From Candidatus Cloacimonadales bacterium (GTDB taxonomy: Bacteria > Cloacimonadota > Cloacimonadia > Cloacimonadales > JAFGVF01), in the NCBI GenBank assembly GCA_963662585.1, contig OY759729.1, forward strand, positions 2,208,001 to 2,272,000: a stretch of DNA of 64,000 nt, in the 5' to 3' direction. The translations under genes were made by a program, and so were the position numbers. Below are positions 52,077-62,877 of this stretch, in pieces; positions within the stretch are counted from its first letter, which is position 1, and each line of letters opens with the position of its first letter. Under the pieces are notes generated by a model, which did not search any database, had not been told where the DNA came from, and worked only from the letters and a program-made list of their open reading frames with translations.

Positions 52077-52380
52077 GTAGGGGCGTATTGCCATACGCCT
52101 TAGTTGAAAAGAGTTTAGCCACGAATAAACACAAATAAACACGAATTTAGTAGGGGCGTATTGCCATAGGCCTTATTTGAAAAGAGTTTAGCCACGAATA
52201 AACACAAATAAACACGAATTTGCTAGGGGAGTATTGCCATAGGCTTTATTTGAAAAGAGTTTAGCCACGAATAAACACGAATTTGCTAGGGGATATTGCC
52301 ATAGGCCTTATTTGAAAAGAGTTTAGCCACGAATAAACACAAATAAACACGAATTTGCTAGGGCGTATTGCCATACGCCT
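52077..52380. repeat. ~73-bp tandem array of GTAG-type REP plus CCACGAATAAACAC units
   Basis: Units begin near 52077, 52150, 52223, 52286 and 52358 (last one partial). Confidence 0.92.
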
Positions 52381-52645
52381 TCTTTAAGATAGCACCCCGC
52401 TGGAAATACCGGCACACCTCCACGGGAGGGGAATTAAAGCACTCTATCAGAGAAATACACTGCCTTCCCTCTTGGAAACATTGCTGTTAGCAATGAAGAG
52501 GGGACTTTAAGAGGTCTTCATTCTTCTCTGAATTCGTGCAATTTGTGTAATTCGTGGATAGATTCTTTTTCTTCCTCTTTTTAATTGACAAAATTCTCCT
52601 GAGAAAAAAAGATAAAATGTAAGAAAATTATTAAAGGAGCTAATA

Positions 52646-54169
52646 ATGGCAAAAAAGCAAAGAACAGCGATAGAACCTACAAGAACTGAGGATTATGCGG
52701 AGTGGTATCAGCAGGTTGTAAAGGTTGCTGAATTAGCTGAAAATAGTGATGTAAGAGGTTGTATGGTTATTAAACCATGGGGCTATGCCATTTGGGAAAA
52801 TATACAAAAAGTATTAGATAAAATGTTTAAAGAGACTGGGGTGAAAAATGCTTATTTCCCACTATTCATACCTAAATCATATTTCGAAAAAGAAGCTGAA
52901 CATGTGGAAGGTTTTGCTAAAGAATGTGCTGTTGTTACTCATTCTCGCCTAGAAGATGATGGACAGGGGGGCTTAAAAGTAGCAGGTGAGCTTACAGAAC
53001 CTTACATCGTTAGACCTACTTCAGAAACTATCATCGGTGCTTCTTTCTCTAAATGGGTGAATTCTTATAGAGATCTACCCCTATTAATAAATCAATGGGC
53101 TAATGTTGTACGCTGGGAATTAAGAACAAGATTATTCTTGAGAACTGCTGAGTTTTTATGGCAAGAAGGACATACTGTTCACGCCACAAGTGAGGAAGCT
53201 CTTGCAGAAACACGCTTAATGCTAGATGTCTATGCTAAGTTTGCTGAAGAATATCTAGCTGTACCTGTTGTTAAAGGTGAGAAGAGTGCAGGCGAAAGAT
53301 TCCCTGGTGCCGTAGCTACCTATTCTATAGAAGCTATGATGCAAGATAAGAAAGCATTACAAGCTGGTACTTCCCACTTTTTAGGACAGAACTTTGCTAA
53401 ATCATCTGAAATAAAATACCAGAATAAAGCTGGAGAATATGAATATGCTTGGACAACTTCATGGGGTGTTTCCACTCGCTTAATTGGTGCTTTAATCATG
53501 GCCCACAGTGATGATAATGGTTTAGTGCTTCCTCCAAAAATTGCTCCTGCTCATATTGCTATAATTCCAATAGCTAAAAATGATGAGGATAGAGAAGAAA
53601 TACTTAAATATATAGAGAATATTACAAGTGCCCTTAAAGAGAAAAGATTTGATGGCAGAGAGATCATTGTTGAAGTTGATGATACTGACGCTACTTCTGG
53701 TGAAAAAAGCTGGAAATGGATAAAACGCGGTATGCCAATTAGATTAGAAATTGGTAAACGCGATATGGAATCTAATTCTGTCTTTATGGGTAGAAGAGAT
53801 TTTGAAGCTAAAGAGAAGAAAGGTCTAGGCTGGCAAGAATTTGTAGATTCAGTTGCTGAAATATTAACTGATATCCAGAATAATATCTATCAAAAAGCTC
53901 TCTCTTTCAGAAGTGAAAACTCTGTTGTGATAGATTCACAAGAGGAATTTTATAAATTCTTTACTCCAGAAAATAGCGATAAACCAGAAATTCATGGTGG
54001 TTTCGCCTATGCCCATTGGTGTGGTTCTGTAGAGTGTGAAGAAAAGATCAAAGAAGATTTAAAGGTGACTATTAGAAATATTCCTTTTGAAGCAGAAGCT
54101 GAAGAAGGAAAATGTATCTGCTGTGGAAAAGCTTCCAAACAGAGAGTGGTATTTTCTAAAAGTTACTAA
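52646..54169 (+). CDS. proS: Proline--tRNA ligase (archaeal/eukaryotic-like type)
   Basis: VRPTSET, NQWANVVRWE, FLRTAEFLWQEGHT, QAGTSHFLGQNF, SWGVSTR, C-terminal Zn domain ending in Y. Confidence 0.98.
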   Translation: MAKKQRTAIEPTRTEDYAEWYQQVVKVAELAENSDVRGCMVIKPWGYAIWENIQKVLDKMFKETGVKNAYFPLFIPKSYFEKEAEHVEGFAKECAVVTHSRLEDDGQGGLKVAGELTEPYIVRPTSETIIGASFSKWVNSYRDLPLLINQWANVVRWELRTRLFLRTAEFLWQEGHTVHATSEEALAETRLMLDVYAKFAEEYLAVPVVKGEKSAGERFPGAVATYSIEAMMQDKKALQAGTSHFLGQNFAKSSEIKYQNKAGEYEYAWTTSWGVSTRLIGALIMAHSDDNGLVLPPKIAPAHIAIIPIAKNDEDREEILKYIENITSALKEKRFDGREIIVEVDDTDATSGEKSWKWIKRGMPIRLEIGKRDMESNSVFMGRRDFEAKEKKGLGWQEFVDSVAEILTDIQNNIYQKALSFRSENSVVIDSQEEFYKFFTPENSDKPEIHGGFAYAHWCGSVECEEKIKEDLKVTIRNIPFEAEAEEGKCICCGKASKQRVVFSKSY

Positions 54170-54223
54170 GAGAATTGAATACTCTTACCACAAAGACACA
54201 AAGAACACAAAAAAGAAAGAGAA

Positions 54224-55809
54224 GGGTCCACAGATTACACAGATTTACACTGATTAAGAGAGGAAGGATGAAAGAAGAATTATCCACAGATAAGAAAGAC
54301 TGAGACATCTTAAATCCCGAAGGGATGGCATCTAATAGGGAGTGTTCGCAAGACACTCCTAGAGCATACCCCTCAAAGGGTTCGACGCGCTAGCGGAGAA
54401 GCAATAAGAGGGAATAAAGAGACCATCCTGTCAGTGAAATAGACTGCCACCCCTCTTCAGAGGGGAATAAAGCAAAAGAGGAAAGAAAAGGGTCCACAGA
54501 TTACACAGATTTACACTGATTAAGAGAGGAAGGATGAAAGAAGAATTATCCACAGGTAAGAAAGACTGAGACATCTTAAATCCCGAAGGGATGGCATCTA
54601 ATAGGGAGTGTTCGCAAGACACTCCTAGAGCATACCCCTCAAAAGGGTTCGACGCGCTAGCGGAGAAGCAATAAGAGGGAATAAAGAGACCATCCTGTCA
54701 GAAATATACTGCAACCCCTCTTCAGAGGGGAATAAAGCAAAAGAGGAAAGAAAAGGGTCCACAGATTACACAGATTTACACTGATTAAGAGAGGAAGGAT
54801 GAAAGAAGAATTACCCACAGGTAAGAAAGACTGAGACATCTTAAATCCCGAAGGGATGGCATCTAATAGGGAGTGTTCGCAAGACACTCCTAGAGCATAC
54901 CCCTCAAAAGGGTTCGACGCGCTAGCGGAGAAGCAATAAGAGGGAATAAAGAGACCATTCTGTCAGAAATATACTGCAACCCCTCTTCAGAGGGGAATAA
55001 AGCAAAAGAGGAAAGAAAAGGGTCCACAGATTACACGGATTTACACTGATTAAGAGAGGAAGGATGAAAGAAGAATTATCCATAGATAAGAAAGACTGAA
55101 ACATCTTAAATCCCGAAGGGATGGCATCTAATAGGGAGTGTTCGCAAGACACTCCTAGAGCATACCCCTCAAAAGGGTTCGACGCGCTAGCGGAGAAGCA
55201 ATAAGAGGGAATAAAGAGACCTCCTATCAGTGAAATAGACTGCCACCCCTCTTCAGAGGGGAATAAAGCAAAAGAGGAAAGAAAAGGGTCCACAGATTAC
55301 ACGGATTTACACTGATTAAGAGAGGAAGGATGAAAGAAGAATTATCCATAGATAAGAAAGACTGAGACATCTTAAATCCCGAAGGGATGGCATCTAATAG
55401 GGAGTGTTCGCAAGACACTCCTAGAGCATACCCCTCAAAAGGGTTTGAAGCGCTAGCGGAGAAGCAATAAGAGGGAATAAAGAGACCATCCTGTCAGAAA
55501 TATACTGCAACCCCTCCTCAGAGGGGAATAAAGCAAAAGAGGAAAGAAAAGGGTCCACAGATTACACAGATTTACACTGATTAAGAGAGGAAGGATGAAA
55601 GAAGAATTATCCATAGATAAGAAAGACTGAGACATCTTAAATCCCGAAGGGATGGCATCTAATAGGGAGTGTTCGCAAGACACTCCTAGAGCATACCCCT
55701 CAAAAGGGTTCGACGCGATGGCGGAGAACCAATAAGAATAAAGAAACCACCCGGTCAGTGAAATACACTTCCACCCCTCCTCAGAGGGGAATAAAGCAAA
55801 AGAGGAAAG
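54224..55809. repeat. 265-266-bp tandem repeat, 6 copies
   Basis: GGGTCCACAGATTACAC starts at 54224, 54490, 54755, 55020, 55286 and 55551. Confidence 0.97.
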
Positions 55810-55811
55810 CA

Positions 55812-56288
55812 ATGCTAAAAAGTTTAACTCAAGAAGTACATGATTTATTATTAGCTAGCAAAAAGAGGATTAGCTTTGCAGAGTCCTGCACGGGAGGATT
55901 GCTACAGAAATTAATCACTGATAACAGTGGAAGCAGTAGCTACTTTGAAGGTGGAATAGTAGTCTATAGCAATCGCTTAAAAGAGAAGTTGTTAGGAGTT
56001 TCGGCAGAAATACTAACTACTCAAGGAGCAGTTAGTTCCGAATGTGCTTTAGCAATGGTTTCAGGATTAAAAAATCTTACTCAAGCAGATATTTGCATTT
56101 CAGTAACTGGGATTGCTGGGCCAAGCGGAGGAAGTGAAGAAAAACCTGTTGGGACTGTATGGTTTGGATTTGATTTAGAAGGAAGGGTCAATAGTAGCAG
56201 ACAGCATTTTTCAGGAAGTAGGGAAGAGGTTAGAGAAAAATCTGCAGTATATGTATTAAATAAAATAAAAGAATATCTTGAAAATTAA
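55812..56288 (+). CDS. CinA C-terminal domain protein (NMN amidohydrolase, PncC-like)
   Basis: AESCTGG, GSSSYF.GGIV.YSN, GAVS, TGIAGP.GG..KPVGTV; ATG 55812. Confidence 0.92.
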   Translation: MLKSLTQEVHDLLLASKKRISFAESCTGGLLQKLITDNSGSSSYFEGGIVVYSNRLKEKLLGVSAEILTTQGAVSSECALAMVSGLKNLTQADICISVTGIAGPSGGSEEKPVGTVWFGFDLEGRVNSSRQHFSGSREEVREKSAVYVLNKIKEYLEN

Positions 56289-56291
56289 AAA

Positions 56292-56480
56292 GTAGGGGCC
56301 TATTGCCATAGGCCCATCTAGGAAACACCCTGTCATGGGATACACAACCACCCCTCTTTAATCGTGCTTTCAGCACTAAGAGGGGAGTTAAGAAGGTCAT
56401 TGCTTCGCAATGAGGCGGACAAGATGTCCACCGTCCGACAGAAGAAGAGAGTTGTAGGGGCGTATTGCCATAGGCCCATC
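56292..56480. repeat. REP cluster
   Basis: GTAGGGGC.TATTGCCATAGGCCC at 56292 and 56454, with CCCCTCTT..AAGAGGGG and GCGGACA..TGTCCAC hairpins between them. Confidence 0.85.
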
Positions 56481-56521
56481 TGAAATTGCCAATGTAATAA
56501 ATTATAAAGTTAGAGGATAGA

Positions 56522-57772
56522 ATGAAAATATTAGTATTAGGAAGTGGGGCAAGAGAACATGCCTTAGCTGTTAAATTTGCTGAGAGTCCTAAAGTAACCC
56601 AAGTGATAGTTGCTCCAGGAAACGGGGGAATTTCTCAAGAGTTCCAATGTGTTGAATTAGATGATTTTGGTGCTATTTCTGCATTCGTTAAAAACGAAAA
56701 TATAGATATGGTTTTTGTAGGGCCTGAACAACCACTTTCTGAGGGAGTTGTTGATTTTCTCACAGAAGAAGGAATAATAGCAATAGGACCTTCAAAAAAA
56801 GCTGCTCAAATAGAATCCAGTAAAGCATTTGCTAAAGACTTAATGAAAAAATACAAGGTTCCAACTGCTAAATATGAAGTATTTACTGACTATTCCCATG
56901 CAAAAGAATATATTAATGTCTGCAAATATCCCATAGTATTTAAAGCTGATGGTTTGGCTGCAGGTAAAGGGGTGGTTATTGTAAATTCTCAACTTGAAGC
57001 TGAGCAAGAATTAAAAGAGTTTATGCTTGATAGTAAGTTTGGAAATGCTGGTGCTAAACTGGTTATTGAAGAATTTTTACAAGGTTGGGAAACTTCTATT
57101 TTTGCTTTTTGCGATGGAGATAACTTCGTTTCTACTATATTCTCAATGGATCATAAGCAATTAGAAGCAGGAGATAAAGGACCTAATACTGGTGGAATGG
57201 GAGCAATTGCTCCGATTATAGAAGCTGAAAAATATAAATATGATATAGAAAGAGAAGTATTTGCTCCAATATTACTCGGGATGAAAGAATCAGGTTGCTC
57301 TTTCACTGGAGTCTTGTATTGCGGCTTGATGATAACCCCAGAAGGTGCTAAAGTGATAGAATTTAACTGTCGTTTTGGTGATCCAGAAACTCAAGTTATT
57401 TTACCTTTATTAAAGACAGATTTAGTTGATGTTTGTGAAGCAATTGCTGAGAAGAGGGTAAGCCAATTAGATTTACTCTGGAAAGATCAATTTGCGATAA
57501 ATATTGTTTGTGCAGCTGGTGGCTATCCTGGAAAATATGAAAAAGGTAAGGTTATAGAAGTTGGTGATATTGATAGAGATAGCAAGGTCTATTATGCTGG
57601 TGTGAAAAAATCTGAAGGAAAATTATTGACAAATGGTGGCAGAGTGCTAGGAATTACATCGCTAAGTTATAATAGAGAAAAATTAATTCAAAAAAGTTAC
57701 TCTTTAGTCGAAAAGATTTTTTTCGAGGGAAAAGTTATTAGAACAGATATTGGACAGAGGTCCCAACGATAA
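56522..57772 (+). CDS. purD: Phosphoribosylamine--glycine ligase
   Basis: GSGAREHA, VGPEQPL, KADGLAAGKGV, GPNTGGMG, EFNCRFGDPE, TNGGRV. Confidence 0.98.
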   Translation: MKILVLGSGAREHALAVKFAESPKVTQVIVAPGNGGISQEFQCVELDDFGAISAFVKNENIDMVFVGPEQPLSEGVVDFLTEEGIIAIGPSKKAAQIESSKAFAKDLMKKYKVPTAKYEVFTDYSHAKEYINVCKYPIVFKADGLAAGKGVVIVNSQLEAEQELKEFMLDSKFGNAGAKLVIEEFLQGWETSIFAFCDGDNFVSTIFSMDHKQLEAGDKGPNTGGMGAIAPIIEAEKYKYDIEREVFAPILLGMKESGCSFTGVLYCGLMITPEGAKVIEFNCRFGDPETQVILPLLKTDLVDVCEAIAEKRVSQLDLLWKDQFAINIVCAAGGYPGKYEKGKVIEVGDIDRDSKVYYAGVKKSEGKLLTNGGRVLGITSLSYNREKLIQKSYSLVEKIFFEGKVIRTDIGQRSQR

Positions 57773-57916
57773 TAGGAGGCAATTACTATAATTGTTCTGG
57801 CATAAAAATGATTTTAGAAGATGCATTTGGATGTATAAATTACTCCATAGATATGAGAATAATATAGTATTTTTCTGTCTAATAACCAAAGATAACTAAA
57901 AAACAAGAGAGAAATT

Positions 57917-60900
57917 ATGACTAACAGATTAATAATAATAGCATTGATATTAGGACTTTTTCAGGTCCTCACCGGATATGAATTTGAAATTTTGGAGATG
58001 AGTGAATCTTATATTAGAGTAGGGTTCCAAGTTCCTGATTACACAATTGAAAAAAGTAAAACTCACAAAAGCGCTTCTGATAAAATCAATATTACTGATG
58101 CGGAATTAACTTTTGATGAAAAAAGGCCAATTATTCCCTACTTCGCAGATGCAATAGGAATACCAGAAGATGGCGATATTAATGTCAGAATTTTAACCAA
58201 AAAGAGTAAAAATTACGAGAACTTAGACTTAGAAAGATGTCCTCTTGTATATCTAGTTGAGGATGAGGTTGAATATAGAAATGAAAATCCTGCTTCTAAA
58301 GAACTAAAGAATGAACTCTATCCTAAGAATATTATTGAGAAAGGTGATAGTGCTTTTATTGGTGACAGAAGGTTTTCTACTTTCCAATTATATCCTTTCC
58401 AATATAATGAAGCTAAGAAAAAGTTAGTAGTTCATGAGTATATAGAATTTGAAATAACAATTAGTGGGGATATTAGTTCTAATAGAGAGTGGCAATTCTC
58501 AGATAACTTTATAGATAATGTCGGTGATGATTTCTTTTTAAATAATAGATTCTCCCAGAAATGGAGAAAAGAACTTGTTTCAGATACTGAAATAGAGAGA
58601 GAGACTTATACTAATAATGCCATTGATTTAACAGTAATCGAAGATGGAATCTACAAGGTGACCTATGAGTTCTTACAAGAAATGCTTACTGAGTATCAAG
58701 ATGAAACAGCAGTTTTACTTGGCTGGAGATTAGATAATATAAATCCAAAATATCTGCAACTGGAAAGCAAACAAGGGTTAGAACCAATTTATTTCTCAGG
58801 TGAAGAGGATGGTTCTTTTGATCCTGGAGATTATTTTGAATTTTACGGAATCCGAAACACTGGTGTAGAATCTTATTTTGGGGCTTATACTTCCAAAAAT
58901 ATCTATAAATTGAGACTAATTGATGGCTTTGGCTCTCGTATGGCAGTGGAGAACGGTGGTATCATGGTCTCTAATCCTACTGAATATATCGAGCCAAGGA
59001 ATTATGACCATAATATTCATCTGGAAGTTCAAAGCTTCTATGAAAAAATCGGTAAAGGTTATGATTATGATGTAAATTATTATAGAGAAGATAACTACTT
59101 CTGGAGAAAAATCAAAGCTCCAAATTTAGAAATTGTAGCTTTCGATTTGCAATATCCTGCTGATTTGAATATTAATAAAATAGATGTAAAAGTCTCTTTG
59201 TTTGGTTTGACTTATAGTGACACAAATGTTAATGATCATCATGCAATTGTTAGACTTAATCAAGGGATAATTGATTCAAAAGTGTGGACTGGACAAACTG
59301 AACAAATATTTGAGAGTTCTAATCTTATTTCTAACTCATTCCTAACCCACGGAGAAAATAATCTCTATATTAGTTTAACAGGTGATACACCAAATGGCGA
59401 AAATGAACTTGTTGCTTTAGACTACTTAGATTTAACCTATTGGAGAGAATATAAAACTGATTTAGACTGGATTAAATTCAAGAAACCTAGAAATAAAGGA
59501 TATGGCTTGTATAACTTTGTTTTAGGAGGATTTCAAAATACCGATGTTTCCATCTACAAGATTGGTAGTAGTAAGATGGAAAATATTAGAGTTGAACCTG
59601 CTTTTGAACTTGGAGAAGCTCCTTATAATGTAACATTCCAAGATAATGTTAATTCTGAAGATATTGAATATATCGCTTTAACTGAAGAAAATAAGAAAAT
59701 CCCTATAGATGTTAGTATTGATAAAATATCAGATCTAAAATCTACTTCTAACAACTATGATTGTTTAATTATTACAAGAAACGATTTCATTGCTAACGAA
59801 GGGATTGCTCTGTATAAAAGCCTCTGGGATGAAATTGGCTATAATACCAAAATAATAGATGTGCAAGATATCTATGATGAATTTAATAACGGTGTGGTTT
59901 CTGCTGATGCCATCAAGGATTTTCTCACTTATGCTTACTACAATTGGAGTGCTCCAAGAGTAAGAAGTGTCTTCTTAGTGGGAGACGCTACCTATAATAC
60001 TACTGATAACTCACCTACAGAAAAATATAATATAATACCTTATAGAAAAGTATGGACTTGGAAGCATGGTGTTACACCAAGCGATAACTGGTATGGCTGT
60101 GTTGTTGGTGATGATACCGTAGCAGAAATTGCGGTAGGAAGAATCAACATCTGGGAAGCTGATCAAATCAATGATATTGCTCAAAAGAGTTATACTCATA
60201 TAAAAGAAGCAGTATTTGAAAGTTTAGGTTCTGCTCATGTTACTCTCTCTGCTGGAGGTAAAGTTGGTGATGGAAATGATATCTTCTCTGTTCAAGAAGA
60301 GTTAATCAAAAGAAGAATGATTAATGATGATTACAGAGTTTCTCGTGTCTATACAACTACTCAAACAGTAAATTCTAATTTCTATGGCTCTACCTTCTCT
60401 TTAAAAGATAATATAGACCAAGGTACAACATTCTTACAGTTTATGGGTCATGGTGGTGGTAGAATCTGGGCTGACTATAACTTACTTAATTTTAATGATA
60501 TTCGAACTTTAAATAATGATTATTATCCCTTTGTTAGTAGTCTTGCATGTTATGCTTCATCATTCGATTATCCTGGTGCTTCTTGTATAAGTGAAGCTTT
60601 TGTTTCTGAACCTAATAAAGGGGCAATTGCAACTGTAGGATTTTCTGGTTTGGGATACTTGAATCAGGATTTAACCTTTGGTACAGCTCTTGCTGATGGA
60701 TATTTTAGATCAGAACTAGATAATATCGGTGATGTTATTAATTATACTAAAGCAAAATTCTATGTAAAATCAAGCGGACAAGCCCGTATAGCTCTTACTG
60801 CTGGTTGCGTACTTATCGGAGATCCTAATGTGCCGATTCATAAGCCTAGAAAGAGATTAGAAGTCTCTACAGATAAGGAGATTTATGCTCCTGGTGATAC

Positions 60901-62869
60901 CATAAGGGTTGCTATGAATAATAGTGATTTAGACTTAGAAAAGGCTAAACTCTTCATTATTGATAAAGATGGCTTAGTGAAAAATATTGCTTACTATCTT
61001 CCTGTGATTGCTGGAAACTATAACCACACTTTTGTTATTCCTACAGACACAGCGGAAGGTTTGTTCTACCGGATAAGGGTTGAAAGTTATGATGAAGCTG
61101 GCGTTTATTATGGCGAAAAAACAGTGGGAATAGGCAATTCAAATTTTGCTAATATTACTCATCTTCCAGCAAAACCTACTGTATATGATTCTGTCAGCGT
61201 TAGCTGTAATATTATTTCTGAGAAAGAGATAAGTAGTGTTACATTAGAGTATAGTACTTCCTCTGCTAAAACTAGGACGACCATACCAATGGAGTTTATT
61301 GCAGGTTCTGTAAATGAATATAGAACTACTTTGGCTATTCCAAAGCAAAATGCAGACCGAGAAGTAATGTATTCAATAGAAGTAGTTAATGTAGATCGTG
61401 AAGTCATTGTCTCTAATCAATATAACTATGTTGTTCTCGCTCCTGACTTGAATATCGTAACTGGGGAAATGGTAAGTGTAAATGAAAACCCTACCTTAAA
61501 GTATATTATTAACAATGCAGGAAACTGTAATTCTCAGCAGACCAATGTTCAATTAAATAGAATTGATTTAGCTAATAGTAATGAAGTTTTAATATATGAA
61601 AGTACTATTCCTGGATTAGAAGAGCTTGAAGAGTATGAATTGTTGATTCCTGTAGATGATTTTACAGCAGGTAATTTTCGATTTACTCTAAGAGTTAACT
61701 ATCCAAACTTGTTTAGTGAAATTACTCAAGCTAATAATACACATAATTTAGAAAATGTGATGAATTATCAATTACTTGATATTAACGGGGGAAGTGTAGA
61801 AAGTACTGATAACAGTGCCGAGCTTATCGTACCTGCTAATTATCATCAAAATATGTTATTCAATATTGTTCATGAGGATTATCTTACACCTAATATGCAA
61901 CCAGATTTGGAAACCGTCCTTGTCGCTGGTGATTATGAATCTAGAGTGTATGATATTACCTGTTTAAACTCTGAAATTGCTGATTCTACAGGTCTTCTTT
62001 TAAATGGTGAATTGGATGTAAAGATTAAGTATGCAATGTCAGATTCAACAACTTCTTACTATGCTAATGCGAATCAATTAAAACTTTTTAGATGGAATAG
62101 TAGATATCAGAAATGGGTCTTCCAAGGAGGATTTACTTCTACTGATGATGGTACTATTAGAGGTAGGATTAAGCGTCTAGGTAAATTTACTATTTTGAGA
62201 AGTAAAGATAGTATTGCTCCCGAGATTGACCCTAATGTGCAAGATCAAGAATTTACTCAAGGGGGATATATCTCAGGAAAAGGAACTATTTCAATAGTTC
62301 TATCTGATGCTAATGGAATTGATGTTGAAGAGAATAAATTTGGTTTTTATCTAAATGGAGAAGCTATTCCTGAAGAAAACCTAGTTATTACTCAAAATGA
62401 CTATAATGTTAATAATATCCCTATAAAATACCACTTGGATTTACCTAAAGGAGAATATACTTTAGTTGTTGACTGCACAGATGTCAGCGGTAATTTTAAC
62501 TCCTTAGATATAACTTTTAAAGTTAATACTGAATTTAATATTATCAACATCGCTAATTATCCTAATCCGATTATTGCTCAAGCTAATGATCCTATACACG
62601 ATGGAAGAACTCGCTTTACTTACACTCTTACTGATGATGCAGAAAAAGTCTCAATTGTTGTCTATACTGTTGCCGGAAGGAAAGTCGTTGAATTTGATAA
62701 CCTCCCAACAACAGTAGGTTATCATGAATATCCAAGAAGTGTTTATGGTTGGGATTGCAAAGATAGAGCTGGATTCGATCTAGCTAATGGTGTTTATTTC
62801 TACAAAGTAATTGCTAGAAGAGGCGGTAAAAAAATCGAAAAAATCCAAAAAATGGCTATAATTAAATAG
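57917..62869 (+). CDS. C25 family (gingipain/PorU-like) cysteine peptidase with T9SS/FlgD-like CTD
   Basis: Propeptide, DGIYKVT, DIYDEFN.G, LVGDA, VGRI, catalytic FMGHGG and LAC, LIGDP, NYPNP..LANGVYFYK CTD. Confidence 0.9.
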   Translation: MTNRLIIIALILGLFQVLTGYEFEILEMSESYIRVGFQVPDYTIEKSKTHKSASDKINITDAELTFDEKRPIIPYFADAIGIPEDGDINVRILTKKSKNYENLDLERCPLVYLVEDEVEYRNENPASKELKNELYPKNIIEKGDSAFIGDRRFSTFQLYPFQYNEAKKKLVVHEYIEFEITISGDISSNREWQFSDNFIDNVGDDFFLNNRFSQKWRKELVSDTEIERETYTNNAIDLTVIEDGIYKVTYEFLQEMLTEYQDETAVLLGWRLDNINPKYLQLESKQGLEPIYFSGEEDGSFDPGDYFEFYGIRNTGVESYFGAYTSKNIYKLRLIDGFGSRMAVENGGIMVSNPTEYIEPRNYDHNIHLEVQSFYEKIGKGYDYDVNYYREDNYFWRKIKAPNLEIVAFDLQYPADLNINKIDVKVSLFGLTYSDTNVNDHHAIVRLNQGIIDSKVWTGQTEQIFESSNLISNSFLTHGENNLYISLTGDTPNGENELVALDYLDLTYWREYKTDLDWIKFKKPRNKGYGLYNFVLGGFQNTDVSIYKIGSSKMENIRVEPAFELGEAPYNVTFQDNVNSEDIEYIALTEENKKIPIDVSIDKISDLKSTSNNYDCLIITRNDFIANEGIALYKSLWDEIGYNTKIIDVQDIYDEFNNGVVSADAIKDFLTYAYYNWSAPRVRSVFLVGDATYNTTDNSPTEKYNIIPYRKVWTWKHGVTPSDNWYGCVVGDDTVAEIAVGRINIWEADQINDIAQKSYTHIKEAVFESLGSAHVTLSAGGKVGDGNDIFSVQEELIKRRMINDDYRVSRVYTTTQTVNSNFYGSTFSLKDNIDQGTTFLQFMGHGGGRIWADYNLLNFNDIRTLNNDYYPFVSSLACYASSFDYPGASCISEAFVSEPNKGAIATVGFSGLGYLNQDLTFGTALADGYFRSELDNIGDVINYTKAKFYVKSSGQARIALTAGCVLIGDPNVPIHKPRKRLEVSTDKEIYAPGDTIRVAMNNSDLDLEKAKLFIIDKDGLVKNIAYYLPVIAGNYNHTFVIPTDTAEGLFYRIRVESYDEAGVYYGEKTVGIGNSNFANITHLPAKPTVYDSVSVSCNIISEKEISSVTLEYSTSSAKTRTTIPMEFIAGSVNEYRTTLAIPKQNADREVMYSIEVVNVDREVIVSNQYNYVVLAPDLNIVTGEMVSVNENPTLKYIINNAGNCNSQQTNVQLNRIDLANSNEVLIYESTIPGLEELEEYELLIPVDDFTAGNFRFTLRVNYPNLFSEITQANNTHNLENVMNYQLLDINGGSVESTDNSAELIVPANYHQNMLFNIVHEDYLTPNMQPDLETVLVAGDYESRVYDITCLNSEIADSTGLLLNGELDVKIKYAMSDSTTSYYANANQLKLFRWNSRYQKWVFQGGFTSTDDGTIRGRIKRLGKFTILRSKDSIAPEIDPNVQDQEFTQGGYISGKGTISIVLSDANGIDVEENKFGFYLNGEAIPEENLVITQNDYNVNNIPIKYHLDLPKGEYTLVVDCTDVSGNFNSLDITFKVNTEFNIINIANYPNPIIAQANDPIHDGRTRFTYTLTDDAEKVSIVVYTVAGRKVVEFDNLPTTVGYHEYPRSVYGWDCKDRAGFDLANGVYFYKVIARRGGKKIEKIQKMAIIK

Positions 62870-62877
62870 GGGATAAA

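Noticed and set aside
54156..55812. Six short minus-strand ORFs (MSCEHSLLDAIPSG...)
   Set aside because: By-products of the 265-bp repeat, with frameshifts between copies and non-ATG starts
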